DNA of 64,000 bases, from contig OZ242311.1 of NCBI GenBank assembly GCA_965207885.1, positions 2,336,001 to 2,400,000 of the forward strand, given 5' to 3'. The stretch comes from Candidatus Latescibacterota bacterium (GTDB lineage Bacteria > Latescibacterota > UBA2968). This document shows positions 9,640-19,179 of the stretch, piece by piece; the stretch's first letter is position 1; each line of letters begins with the position of its first letter. Both the position numbers and the translations under genes were made by a program. The notes under the pieces are model-generated. The model had not been told where the DNA came from. It ran no database searches and was given only the letters and a program-made list of their open reading frames with translations.

Positions 9640-11250
9640 TTACACTTCACGGCACGGCTTTCGCACGATGACGAGGTTGAGGGTGGGATCCCGAAGAGCG
9701 TCTCGGAAGACGCTACGCATATAGTCGTCGGTGTCTTGTTCCTGTACTTCGCGGACTCGCGACGCACCACAGGCAAGGGCGAGGTCGCGCATGGTGACTT
9801 GCGGTCCGGCTTCGCCATTTATTTGAACGCCTTTGTCGGGGGTGGTTTGTCCGCCAGTGGTGAGCGAGCCGCCATTGTCGAGTACCATAACAATGGGTGT
9901 CGCACCTGTGGCGCGTGCATGGACGAGGGCATTGATGCCGCCGTGATAAAAGGCGGAGTCGCCACATATCGCAATGGTGCGTTCGGCAATATCCGTTTTG
10001 CTCAGGCCACAGGCCACGCCAATGGCAGATCCCATCGAAAGTTTGGTGTCGAGCATGGGAGCGGCCATTACCACACAGCCCGGGTCGGCAGATATAAAGG
10101 GGTTTTGGCCGAGGGCATTGGCTTCTTCGCGCAGTGCAGAAAGGATTTCCGTGAAGGGGCAGCCGGCGCAGTGGTTTTTGCGGAAGGGTTTTTCGCTTTC
10201 CCAATTTTCTTCGGTGTAGCGCGTGGTTGGCGAGAAACCCGGAAGATAGTTGTCGAGTGCGTTTTGTATTTGCCAGCGGAAGAGTTCACCCACGCTGGTG
10301 AGATGTCCCGTGCGTTTGCCCAGGATTGGCGGAGTAAAACCGGCGTCGTAACCAATGGCTTTGATGGCGTCTTCAACATAGGGATCGACTTCTTCAACGA
10401 CGAGTACTTCGCTGCACTTTGCGAGAAAGTCCGCGATGAGTTTTTGTGGGAGGGGGTACAGGGCACTGAGTTTGAGGATGGAGAGGTCAGATGTGTCTGT
10501 CCCTTCGAGTGCGTCGAGGAGTTTGGTGTGTACCATGCCGCAAGCGATGATGCCTTTCTTTCCGTTGCCATCTATGCTATTGAAGGGCAGGTCGCTAAAT
10601 TGTGCGGTGGCGCGCGCGATTTTTTCGTGTAATTCTGTGTGGTTGCCCACGGTTGTGCGAAGTGCCGATATCCAGCTCATTGGCTCGCGGTCGGGTTCGC
10701 GGGTGGGGTGTTGCGCTGCGGGGCGAAAGTCGGAAAGGGCTTGCGTGCTGACGCTATAACTTCTGGTCAGTCGCAATATCACGATGGATTGCAGGCTTTC
10801 CGAGTATTCAAAAGCCCATTTTATCATGTCGCGGCCTTCCCCGGGCGTGGCGGGTTCGAGCATTGGAAGTTCGGCCAGGGGACCGAGGGTGCGTGTATCT
10901 TGCTCGTTTTGCGATCCCCACGCGCCGGGATCATCGCCCATGACAATGACGAGTCCAGCGTGTACACCGGTCATGTTGAGCACCATCAGGGTATCGAGCG
11001 CAACGTTCATGCCCACGCTTTTGAGACATACGAGCGCGCGCTTGCCGCCTTGTGATGCACCGGCTGCCATATCCAGGGCAATGCGTTCATTGATACACCA
11101 CTCGGCGTGGTGCCCGTGATCTTTGGCCATTTCGGCCATGGCGTTAAATGTGTTTGTGCCGGGTGAACCGGGATACCCGGTTACAACGCCGACACCCGCT
11201 TCTACCGCACCCCAGGCCAGGGCGCGTTCTCCGTCAATGGTTTGGGTCAT
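9640..11250 (-). CDS. iorA: Indolepyruvate:ferredoxin oxidoreductase alpha-subunit-like TPP enzyme
   Basis: GYPGSPG, NERIAL, KSVGMNVA, GDDPG..SQNEQD, CAGCP and TPP motif GDSAFYHGG..LDN; start MTQTIDG at 11250. Confidence 0.8.
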   Translation of the reverse strand: MTQTIDGERALAWGAVEAGVGVVTGYPGSPGTNTFNAMAEMAKDHGHHAEWCINERIALDMAAGASQGGKRALVCLKSVGMNVALDTLMVLNMTGVHAGLVIVMGDDPGAWGSQNEQDTRTLGPLAELPMLEPATPGEGRDMIKWAFEYSESLQSIVILRLTRSYSVSTQALSDFRPAAQHPTREPDREPMSWISALRTTVGNHTELHEKIARATAQFSDLPFNSIDGNGKKGIIACGMVHTKLLDALEGTDTSDLSILKLSALYPLPQKLIADFLAKCSEVLVVEEVDPYVEDAIKAIGYDAGFTPPILGKRTGHLTSVGELFRWQIQNALDNYLPGFSPTTRYTEENWESEKPFRKNHCAGCPFTEILSALREEANALGQNPFISADPGCVVMAAPMLDTKLSMGSAIGVACGLSKTDIAERTIAICGDSAFYHGGINALVHARATGATPIVMVLDNGGSLTTGGQTTPDKGVQINGEAGPQVTMRDLALACGASRVREVQEQDTDDYMRSVFRDALRDPTLNLVIVRKPCREV

Positions 11251-11349
11251 TTTTGTACTCCTGAGTGAAAAATCGGGTGATAGCATTGGAAATATTAAAG
11301 TGTGTGTGGGCGTATTTGTCAAGCATAGAAGGGGTTGTACGGCGATGGG

Positions 11350-12720
11350 TCAAATAAATCCGATCATCCGCCAGTATAACAGGGTCAGTGGAAGCAGCGC
11401 GATGAGCGTTACCAGAGAAATCAGCGACATCACGAGTATGAATTGACCCATTCGAGCATAGCGAAAGCTGTACGCGACAATAAATGGCGCGCCCTGATAG
11501 GGAATGAAAACCACGCCTGTGCCAATTGCCAGACTGAGGGCGATAGGCAGGGGCGACAGGCCGAGTTGAGGCCCGAGGTCAAGCAGAAAGGGGGCGAGCA
11601 CGCCGCCAACCGCGGCGGTGTCCATTAAAAAATCAAATGGTACGGCCAAATACGCTATGAGGGCGAGTTGGGCAATGGGGGTTTCGACTGTTTGGAGATG
11701 GTGTATGAATACGGACGCGAGGGCTCGGTTGAGGCCAGATTGTTCGAGGGCGTGACCAATGGCAAAAACCGCGGAGATGAATATGAGAAGGGGAAAATTG
11801 ACTTTTTTGATGGTGTCAAAGGGCAAGGGACCCCAGCCGGGCAAATAGCAGAGGAGGACGAGGCTCAGGCCGATATAGACCGGGTGAATGCCGTGTATAA
11901 TATCGGTCGTCCACAGGAGAACACCTGCGATGAGAATGCCGAGTACTTTTTTTTCGGAACCGGTCATGTGTGTGGGAACATCGGCGATAGCGGAATGGCC
12001 CGAGAAATCGGGTTCCCGCGAGGGGCGAAATAGCAAGCGGATAAGGCCGTAGAGCAGGCCAACGCGCAGGAGGCCGATGATGGGAAAGAGATAATAGGCC
12101 CATTCGCTCCAGTAGATTGTGATATCGCGCGATTCCAGAACGCCGAGAATGACCAGGTTGGGCACGCCAGCCGTCAGGATGCCCGTGCCGCTGTAATACG
12201 TGGCGCAGGTCAGCGAGAGGACGAGAGCAGCGCTGACTTTTGAGTTGGGGGCTTCGCCGAGGGTTTTGAGCAGAGAGACGACCATTGGCATCAAGATGAG
12301 GATGCGCACGACGCCAGAGGGGATCAGCAGTGCCATTGTGAGGCCCAGGATGTGCAGGCCAAAGACGAGTTGCCGATATCCACTCAGGCGACCGAGGACG
12401 CTTTGGGCCATTCGCGCCCCCAAGGGGGTTTCAGTAATGCCCAGACTCAATGCCATTCCGGCAAAGACGAGCCAGACGGCTTTGCCGGAGAAGCCCTGAA
12501 AAGTGGTTTCAAAAGAGAGGATTTCGAGAAGCGGAAAGACTGTGAGGATGAAGATGGCGGTGTAGGAAATAGGAATGGGTTCAAAGGTCCAGAAAATAAC
12601 GGTGAGCGCGGTGAAAGCGAGCGCCATGCGGGCAGATATGCCGAGGTCACTGGGGAAGATGAAAATAAATAGTGCCAGCGCAGGACCGAGGATGAGGCCA
12701 ATGGTTTGAGATCGGGTCAT
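11350..12720 (-). CDS. SLC13/DASS family anion transporter
   Basis: Polytopic membrane protein with FWTFEPIP, LIPSGVVR and LTAGVPNLV. Confidence 0.8.
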   Translation of the reverse strand: MTRSQTIGLILGPALALFIFIFPSDLGISARMALAFTALTVIFWTFEPIPISYTAIFILTVFPLLEILSFETTFQGFSGKAVWLVFAGMALSLGITETPLGARMAQSVLGRLSGYRQLVFGLHILGLTMALLIPSGVVRILILMPMVVSLLKTLGEAPNSKVSAALVLSLTCATYYSGTGILTAGVPNLVILGVLESRDITIYWSEWAYYLFPIIGLLRVGLLYGLIRLLFRPSREPDFSGHSAIADVPTHMTGSEKKVLGILIAGVLLWTTDIIHGIHPVYIGLSLVLLCYLPGWGPLPFDTIKKVNFPLLIFISAVFAIGHALEQSGLNRALASVFIHHLQTVETPIAQLALIAYLAVPFDFLMDTAAVGGVLAPFLLDLGPQLGLSPLPIALSLAIGTGVVFIPYQGAPFIVAYSFRYARMGQFILVMSLISLVTLIALLPLTLLYWRMIGFI

Positions 12721-12730
12721 AGGATTATAG

Positions 12731-12798
12731 CGGTCAGCAGTTAGCTTTCAGCCCTCTCCCGTCCACCCCAAAGGCGATCAACCTGTTTTACCGACTGC
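12731..12798. repeat. Degenerate dispersed repeat, copy 1
   Basis: TCAGCAGTTAGCTTTCAG...CCCCA..GGC.AT...TGTTT..GACTGC, similar to the copy at 14108-14206. Confidence 0.5.
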
Positions 12799-12940
12799 CT
12801 GAGGTTGGGATTGGGCGATGAAACAACTAACAACATAATAGCGCAGTGAAGGCGAGACAAATGAATTGTAGGCAGATGGATTCACTATTGATTAAGTACA
12901 GAAAATCGCGTAGTTTAGCGCGCAGAAAGGAGACAAAATT

Positions 12941-14122
12941 ATGAATTTTAGAGGCAAATTGGTTGATTCGTCGCAGGTCGTAACCGTGCAAACAGATGGC
13001 GAGCAGATCGCGGCTATTCATCGCGGGGGCGCGGGTGATGCGATTGGTGGAGATGATGTGTGGATCGCGCCAGCGATTTTTGATGTGCAGGTCAATGGCG
13101 TGGGTGGAATCAACTATAAAGCCAAAGATTTGACGGTGGAGAAAATTGTGGAGACGGCAGCGTGGATGCACAGGACGGGTACGGGTTTGTGGTGTCCCAC
13201 GGTGACGACTTCATCTGAGGAAGATGCGGTTCACGGTCTGGCGCTGTTGGCAAAGGCGTGTGAGGAATCAGAAGTCGCGCGTGCGTCTTTTGTCGGGTTT
13301 CACGTTGAGGGACCTTATATCGCGTCTGAAGATGGTCCGCGCGGAGCGCATCCCCTGGCGCATGTGCGCGATCCAGATTGGGATGAATTTCAGCGGTATC
13401 AAGAAGCGGCTGGTGGGCGCATTGCGATTTTTACGCTTGCGCCCGAGCGAGACGGCGCATTGGAATTTATTGAGAAGGTGGCTGCAACGGGTGTTATTGT
13501 TTCAATTGGTCATTCGGGCGCGAGTCCCGAGCGCATCCAGGAGGCGGTTGCCGCCGGTGCCCAAATGTCAACCCATCTGGGCAATGGCGCGCATGCCGAG
13601 TTGCCGCGTCATCCCAATTATATATGGGAACAACTCGCGGCAGATGCGTTGTGGGCAGGGATTATTCCCGATGGGTTTCACCTGCCGCCTGCGGTGTTGA
13701 AGAGTTTTTATCGCGCAAAAGGCAAAGAACGCCTGTGTCTGGTGAGCGATGTGGCATCTATCGCTGGTCTGTCGCCGGGTATTTACGGCAGCGAGAGCGG
13801 GTTGGGACAGAGCGAATTGCACGCCAATGGCAAAATTTCGCTGGCGGGAACGCCTTATCTGGCAGGGGCGGGTTTATTTCTGGATAGTGGTATTCCCAAT
13901 GCCGTGCGGTTTACAGACGCTTCGCTGTCCGATGCTATTGAAATGACGTCGATTAATCCGGCGCGTTTGTTGGGGATAGAAGACCGCGTGGGGTCTGTGG
14001 ATGTCGGTAAAGAGGCGAGTTTGTCTTTGTTCCGCTGGGAAGAGGGGCAGGAGAAGTTGGACGTTGTGGCAACGGTGGTGCGGGGGCAGGTTGTTTATGA
14101 GAAAAAAGCTATCAGCGATTAG
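12941..14122 (+). CDS. nagA: N-acetylglucosamine-6-phosphate deacetylase family
   Basis: DVQVNG, HVEGPYI, GAHP, TLAPE, THLGNG and DGFH motifs. Confidence 0.85.
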   Translation: MNFRGKLVDSSQVVTVQTDGEQIAAIHRGGAGDAIGGDDVWIAPAIFDVQVNGVGGINYKAKDLTVEKIVETAAWMHRTGTGLWCPTVTTSSEEDAVHGLALLAKACEESEVARASFVGFHVEGPYIASEDGPRGAHPLAHVRDPDWDEFQRYQEAAGGRIAIFTLAPERDGALEFIEKVAATGVIVSIGHSGASPERIQEAVAAGAQMSTHLGNGAHAELPRHPNYIWEQLAADALWAGIIPDGFHLPPAVLKSFYRAKGKERLCLVSDVASIAGLSPGIYGSESGLGQSELHANGKISLAGTPYLAGAGLFLDSGIPNAVRFTDASLSDAIEMTSINPARLLGIEDRVGSVDVGKEASLSLFRWEEGQEKLDVVATVVRGQVVYEKKAISD

Positions 14123-14206
14123 CTTTCAGTTCCCCACCTCATCCGCCCCAGGGCAATGGAGAGGCTTGTTTAGCTGACTGCTGACCGCTGACTGCTGACT
14201 GCTAAC
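14108..14206. repeat. Degenerate dispersed repeat, copy 2, ending in GCTGAC(T/C) heptamer tandem x4
   Basis: GCTGACT GCTGACC GCTGACT GCTGACT at 14173-14200; left end TCAGCGATTAGCTTTCAG. Confidence 0.6.
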
Positions 14207-14218
14207 AAGGAATGCGAT

Positions 14219-15067
14219 ATGACGAAGAAAAAGGTTGTTCTAACAGGTGCATCGGGCTATGTAGCGGGGCGGATGTTGTCGGCATTGCGCGAGAGGTACG
14301 ATCTGACATTGTTGGATGTGAAGGCGACCAACCGCGAGGGTGAAGAAGTTGAAGGCGTGCAAATTGTGGATTTGGAAAATCCGGATCGGGATGCGTATCG
14401 CGCCCATTTTCAAGGTGCCGATGCCGTGGTACACAGCGGGTTTAAGGGGACTGTGGATTGGCAGCACACGGATTATTGGAAGGAGTCCGATAATGTTCGG
14501 ATGTGCCACAATGTGTACCAGACGTGTGTCGAAGAGGGTGTGAAACGCATTGTGGTGATGAGTTCAAATCACGCATGCGATTTTTACGAGCGGTTGATCT
14601 GGGCTGACCGATTGGATTTTGCCACGACTGATATGCTGCCTCTGTCTGATAATTTTTATGGTTGGGCAAAGTCGTCGTACGAACATCTGGCCTTTGTGTT
14701 TGCAACGGGCAATGCGACCAACGGCAAGCGGCTGGAGAGTGTCCACATCCGCATTGGCGCGCCCCGAGACACCATTATGGAAGGGCAGTCGGCCGATAAT
14801 TTGAAGCAGTTGCACCGCGAATTGGGCGCGTATTTGAGTGCGCGGGATTTGTCTCAACTGGTGATTAAGAGTATTGAGACAGAGAATATTGAAGATGAAA
14901 ATGGGGTGCCGTTTCAGGTGTTTTTTGGCATTAGTGGGAATACGCACCGGTTCTGGAATATCGACAATGCAAGGCGCGTTGTGGGATATGCGCCAGAGGA
15001 TGACAGTCAGATCCGGTTTGCGGGGGAGATTGCAGAGATTATTCAAGAAGCACAGAAAAAGCAATAA
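14219..15067 (+). CDS. NAD-dependent epimerase/dehydratase (uronate dehydrogenase-like)
   Basis: TGASGYVA, SSNHA, YGWAK and RIG motifs. Confidence 0.8.
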   Translation: MTKKKVVLTGASGYVAGRMLSALRERYDLTLLDVKATNREGEEVEGVQIVDLENPDRDAYRAHFQGADAVVHSGFKGTVDWQHTDYWKESDNVRMCHNVYQTCVEEGVKRIVVMSSNHACDFYERLIWADRLDFATTDMLPLSDNFYGWAKSSYEHLAFVFATGNATNGKRLESVHIRIGAPRDTIMEGQSADNLKQLHRELGAYLSARDLSQLVIKSIETENIEDENGVPFQVFFGISGNTHRFWNIDNARRVVGYAPEDDSQIRFAGEIAEIIQEAQKKQ

Positions 15068-15079
15068 CGGGTTTTGAAT

Positions 15080-16204
15080 ATGAAAATTACGGGGTTTGAG
15101 ACGATTCCCATTCGGGGTCGGGCGATGATTTTGAAGATGTTTACGGATGAGGGATTGGTGGGGTATGGCGAGCCGATGAATTACGAGCATTGGCGGGTGG
15201 TGGCACAGGCTGTAGAGGATATGGCCGAGTACCTGGTGGGCAAAGATCCGCTGAATATCGAAGATCACTGGCAGGCGATGTATCGCTCGAGTTATAGCCG
15301 GAGTATGCCGGTATTGGTCGGTGCGCTGAGTGGGATTGAGATGGCGATGTGGGATGTGTTTGGCAAAATGGTTGGGCTACCGGTCTGGAAACTTTTGGGT
15401 GGGAAAGTTCGCGATCGCATTCGCGTGTACACAGGGACGGGCGGGACGACGCCAGAGGAATGTGCGGAGGCTGCAAGCCAGAAGGTGGCAGAGGGCTTTC
15501 GCGCTGTGAAGATGGGGGCTTCGCCGAGTCCTGTGAGATTTGTCGATACGCCAGAAAAAATAGATTTTATGGTTTCGCGCGTTGCTGCGGTGCGCGAAGC
15601 TGTGGGCTATTCGGTCGATATTGCGGTGGATTTGCACCGGCGGTTGAGTCCGACGATGGCCGCGATTCTGGTGAAGGAGTTGGAGCCGCTGCGTCCACTG
15701 TTCGCAGAAGAGCCGTGTCATCCGGAAAATAACGAGGCGTTATTGGCGCTGTCCCGGGGTACAACTGTGCCCATTGCTACGGGCGAACGGCATTTGACGC
15801 GCTGGGGATTTCGCGAACTCATCGAGCGAGAGATGTGCGCGATTTTGCAACCGGATATTCGCCATTGTGGGGGTATGTTAGAATTGAAAAAGATCGCGGG
15901 GATGGCAGAGATTCACAATATGGCGATTGCGCCTCACAATGCGGCCGGGCCTGTGGGGGTGGCAGCGTCGGTGCATGTAATGGCAACGATTCCAAATTTG
16001 TTGATTTGCGAGGGCGGTCATAACCGTGGAGAAGACTTGTTTAAGACGCCTCTAATTTTTCGAGATGGTTTTATTGAATTGCCAACTGAGCCGGGTTTGG
16101 GTGTGGATATGGACGATGATGCACTCGAGGCTTTGCGCGATGAATCTTATCGCCTGCGCGGGATGTTCTGGCATGAAGATGACGGATCTTTTGCGGATTT
16201 TTGA
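15080..16204 (+). CDS. Mandelate racemase/galactonate dehydratase-like enolase
   Basis: SGIEMAMWD, AVKM, DLH, EEP, ATGER, QPD and APHN motifs. Confidence 0.88.
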   Translation: MKITGFETIPIRGRAMILKMFTDEGLVGYGEPMNYEHWRVVAQAVEDMAEYLVGKDPLNIEDHWQAMYRSSYSRSMPVLVGALSGIEMAMWDVFGKMVGLPVWKLLGGKVRDRIRVYTGTGGTTPEECAEAASQKVAEGFRAVKMGASPSPVRFVDTPEKIDFMVSRVAAVREAVGYSVDIAVDLHRRLSPTMAAILVKELEPLRPLFAEEPCHPENNEALLALSRGTTVPIATGERHLTRWGFRELIEREMCAILQPDIRHCGGMLELKKIAGMAEIHNMAIAPHNAAGPVGVAASVHVMATIPNLLICEGGHNRGEDLFKTPLIFRDGFIELPTEPGLGVDMDDDALEALRDESYRLRGMFWHEDDGSFADF

Positions 16205-16208
16205 GAAA

Positions 16209-17405
16209 ATGCGTTTGGTGAACCTCGTGATTCTATTGCTATTTGCCAGCGGTTATGTGGAGGCGATAGAGAGAGATGTGTCGGCAGTCCGACGGGAATA
16301 CAACGATGTGTCCGCCGCCGTAGATAGTCTCGTGCGGATGATGCAGGTGGCAGATGCCGAGGTGTTGAAGAAGCTGCCCGAGGCGCGTCCCGATCGCGTG
16401 CTGCCCGAGGGAATGACGGCTGTGATGATTTTTTGGGCGGATGACGAAGCGCGGGTTTGGCTCAATGATTTTCCCGTGGGTGAGACCCGGTTGACACCCG
16501 TGGAAGTGACCGTTCCAGATTTGTATTTTCAAGGACAAAATCGCCTGCGCGTGAGGTGTTGGGATACGGATAGGGTAGAGAGTGGTTTTATGGGTGGTTT
16601 GTATTTGAAAGATGGTGTTGGAAGGTTGTACCCCATTGTGGTTTCCAATGGGACATGGGAGACTTCAGGAGGACGGGCAACGGAAATTACTTACGCCCAC
16701 CCGATGCCAGATATTCCCGGCGCGCAACCGATTTGGGGCATGCGCATGTTTGGGTTTGTAGATATGGCTATCACTTTTGACCGCGGTGCGATTGATCGCG
16801 CGCTTGCAGAAAGCGCACCCGCCATATCTAAGGCTGTGCGGCAACAGGCGATGGATTATCACACTTTTGCCCAACAACTCGCTATTTTGCAGGCTCGAAG
16901 AGAAAAGTTAAGAGCAGATTTAGCGCGTGAGGGCAACCTGAGTGTGCCACTTTACAATCGGGAACGCGCCCGTTCTCCATCGCTGACACTGGGAAAAGCC
17001 GCGCCTTTGACCGAAAAACTGTCGACACCAGTGGCAGAAAATGTTCGATCCTGGTCGGAGAAGTTGCCGGCGGTGCAGCAGCAGTTGATTTATCCAGACC
17101 GCCGCGCGTTAAAAGGAGAAGGTGCTGTAACTGCGACCACTGGTGATGTGGTTCCCACCGCGAGTGACCGCGGTAGTCGCGAGCAGGCGTATCGCCCTCC
17201 TGATGAACGCGGTGGGATAAAAAGTGAAACAAAAGATGAGGGCGTCAATGCGCAGGTGCAGCCGCAGGGGATGAGACGCGGTGGTGCGGGTGGTCAGTCG
17301 AATCAGGCCACGCGATTGGGATTGTTGTTGCCCACGCTGATAGTGGGAATTTATGTGTTGTATGTGGCCATACGCTGGCAATCGTTAATGGGAGAAAACG
17401 GCTGA
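16209..17405 (+). CDS. Hypothetical exported protein with C-terminal membrane anchor
   Basis: Signal peptide MRLVNLVILLLFASGYVEA, beta-rich domain (WADDEARVWLN), coiled segment, low-complexity linker, C-terminal TM helix. Confidence 0.7.
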   Translation: MRLVNLVILLLFASGYVEAIERDVSAVRREYNDVSAAVDSLVRMMQVADAEVLKKLPEARPDRVLPEGMTAVMIFWADDEARVWLNDFPVGETRLTPVEVTVPDLYFQGQNRLRVRCWDTDRVESGFMGGLYLKDGVGRLYPIVVSNGTWETSGGRATEITYAHPMPDIPGAQPIWGMRMFGFVDMAITFDRGAIDRALAESAPAISKAVRQQAMDYHTFAQQLAILQARREKLRADLAREGNLSVPLYNRERARSPSLTLGKAAPLTEKLSTPVAENVRSWSEKLPAVQQQLIYPDRRALKGEGAVTATTGDVVPTASDRGSREQAYRPPDERGGIKSETKDEGVNAQVQPQGMRRGGAGGQSNQATRLGLLLPTLIVGIYVLYVAIRWQSLMGENG

Positions 17406-18163
17406 TGTACGGATTACACTGGTCTGAATCGTTATCATTGGTTCTTTTTTGGGTTGTGTGTGCTATAGCAGGTGCATTGATATTGATGCAACGCTTAAGT
17501 GCTATTTGTGGTTACGAAAAACAATTTGGTCTGCCGGAGTCCAATTGGTCTGGTGCGATAATAGGTGGATTGAGCGGCGCTGGTGTGGCGAGTATTGGTA
17601 TTTATTTTTATTTTTTTGCGCCAGCAGCCGCGAGTTGGGTCGAGTGGACGGGGCGTTCGGCTTATGTGCTCGTTTTGGGCAGTTCGGCAGCGCATCTGGT
17701 CATATTTATTCATTTTTGGCGACGGTTGGGTGCAGAAGGTGCGGATACAGGTAATTTGACTGCATTGCGCCAGGAGCAGGTGGATAATTTTCGCCAGAGC
17801 CACGAGAATTATGCGGACTTAAAGGCGCGCGATGACGAGGCAGTAGATGAGTTACTCGCTGTGTTTGGCGAGCGGTTGTTGTCCGGGCAGCGGGCTTTGA
17901 GTCGCATTCCGTTTTATGGGTATTTGGGGACTGTGTGCGGTATTTTGCTGATGGCCCAAGAACTGACCCGGCTGGATGAAGCGACCGAGACGTTTAAGGT
18001 GTTGCGCGATATGGCAGGTGGATTGGTGCTGGCATTTCAGACAACGCTCGTCGCCTTGCTGGCCTATTTGCCGCTTCGAAAGGGCTATGATATGTTGCTG
18101 AACCGCATGTCTGATCTGGAACGCAAATGGTTGGATATGCGCGAAGGGGAGAAAAGAGGGTGA
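17405..18163 (+). CDS. MotA/TolQ/ExbB proton-channel family protein
   Basis: IPFYGYLGTVCGIL...GLVLAFQTTLVALL channel helices plus 3 N-terminal TMs. Confidence 0.8.
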   Translation: MYGLHWSESLSLVLFWVVCAIAGALILMQRLSAICGYEKQFGLPESNWSGAIIGGLSGAGVASIGIYFYFFAPAAASWVEWTGRSAYVLVLGSSAAHLVIFIHFWRRLGAEGADTGNLTALRQEQVDNFRQSHENYADLKARDDEAVDELLAVFGERLLSGQRALSRIPFYGYLGTVCGILLMAQELTRLDEATETFKVLRDMAGGLVLAFQTTLVALLAYLPLRKGYDMLLNRMSDLERKWLDMREGEKRG

Positions 18164-18582
18164 GACGACGTTTTTTACAGCGCGCGGTGGGCGAGGCCGA
18201 AGCGCACGACGTGAGCAAAGAGTTGTTCCTGGGCATTATGATGTTGATGCTGTGCTTGGGGATTATGATTTTGAATGTGTCACAGCCCGTGTGGCGCGTC
18301 TATCACCACGATCCAGAACCAGGGGATGTGGTGATTTTATATACTTCCAGAGGTCTGGCGTTTTCGGAAGATGGGCGGTCTGCAACACGCAGTTTGGGAC
18401 CGGGCGAGTTTCGCAAGACAGTAAATGATCTGGTTGCTGAACCCAATCGGCATTTGCATCTTTTTCTAAAGGGGGGTAGCCGAGAGCGTATGGTGAATGA
18501 CGCGGCTTATGCAGATTCTCTATTGTCTGCTGGCACAGCAGGCCAAAAGGTGCGCCCCGCCGTATATGTGCATCTGTGGTAA
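18160..18582 (+). CDS. Single-TM ExbD/TolR/MotB-like partner (hypothetical)
   Basis: GTG overlaps the upstream TGA; basic N-tail, TM KELFLGIMMLMLCLGIMIL, small soluble domain. Confidence 0.55.
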   Translation: MRRRFLQRAVGEAEAHDVSKELFLGIMMLMLCLGIMILNVSQPVWRVYHHDPEPGDVVILYTSRGLAFSEDGRSATRSLGPGEFRKTVNDLVAEPNRHLHLFLKGGSRERMVNDAAYADSLLSAGTAGQKVRPAVYVHLW

Positions 18583-18606
18583 ATCGCAAAATTTCAATAC
18601 TAAACA

Positions 18607-18638
18607 AAAACCCCGGTAGTTGTATCACCGGGGTTTTA
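18607..18638. terminator. Bidirectional intrinsic terminator
   Basis: AAAACCCCGGT...ACCGGGGTTTT between convergent genes. Confidence 0.8.
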
Positions 18639-19178
18639 ATTTTCTTTTTCGCGTTCATCTTTGTATTTCTGCATAAAATACTTAAAAGAGTTATTTTTAC
18701 TCGACGCCGTTTCTCGATCAAATAGCTTCATGATCTCTTGCATAAAATCTATTCTTGAAACGAATTTCTGTGGCATCATACGGTTAAACTGTTCTTTTGA
18801 AATACGATCTGTGTTCTTAATTGTTCGTATATCAATTTCACTACAAGAATCATCATTTAGACCTGCGAGATACCAGCTTTCTATTTCCCGACACACGACC
18901 AAAATTCGATCTTCTGATAGCTTCTTAAACTGGGATGTAATCCGCTCTTTCTTGGCTGTGATACACGGAGAATCGTCCATGTCAGCTACAAAAATGTAAT
19001 CGGCCTGCATCGCATGGATGCTATTCAGAAAACCATTTACCTTTTTTAATTTCTGCTGACTATACTTCCATATCTGAACGTGATCACAAATTTGTTCATA
19101 CAGGGGTATGATTACGCGATCAAAGAATCGCTCATCGTCGTCTCCTTCTACGAGAATAAAGAGCCTCTGATACGCCAA
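18636..19178 (-). CDS. TOPRIM-like (DUF4435/DUF4276/OLD-type) putative nuclease
   Basis: LFILVEGDDD, FVADMD and EIESWY motifs; TTG start at 19178 after GGAGG; low GC. Confidence 0.65.
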   Translation of the reverse strand: MAYQRLFILVEGDDDERFFDRVIIPLYEQICDHVQIWKYSQQKLKKVNGFLNSIHAMQADYIFVADMDDSPCITAKKERITSQFKKLSEDRILVVCREIESWYLAGLNDDSCSEIDIRTIKNTDRISKEQFNRMMPQKFVSRIDFMQEIMKLFDRETASSKNNSFKYFMQKYKDEREKEN

Positions 19179-19179
19179 T

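Noticed and set aside
17405-18582. Zorya ZorAB or flagellar MotAB
   Set aside because: No long ZorA tail, no OmpA-like peptidoglycan-binding domain, and no zorC/D/E or flagellar genes.
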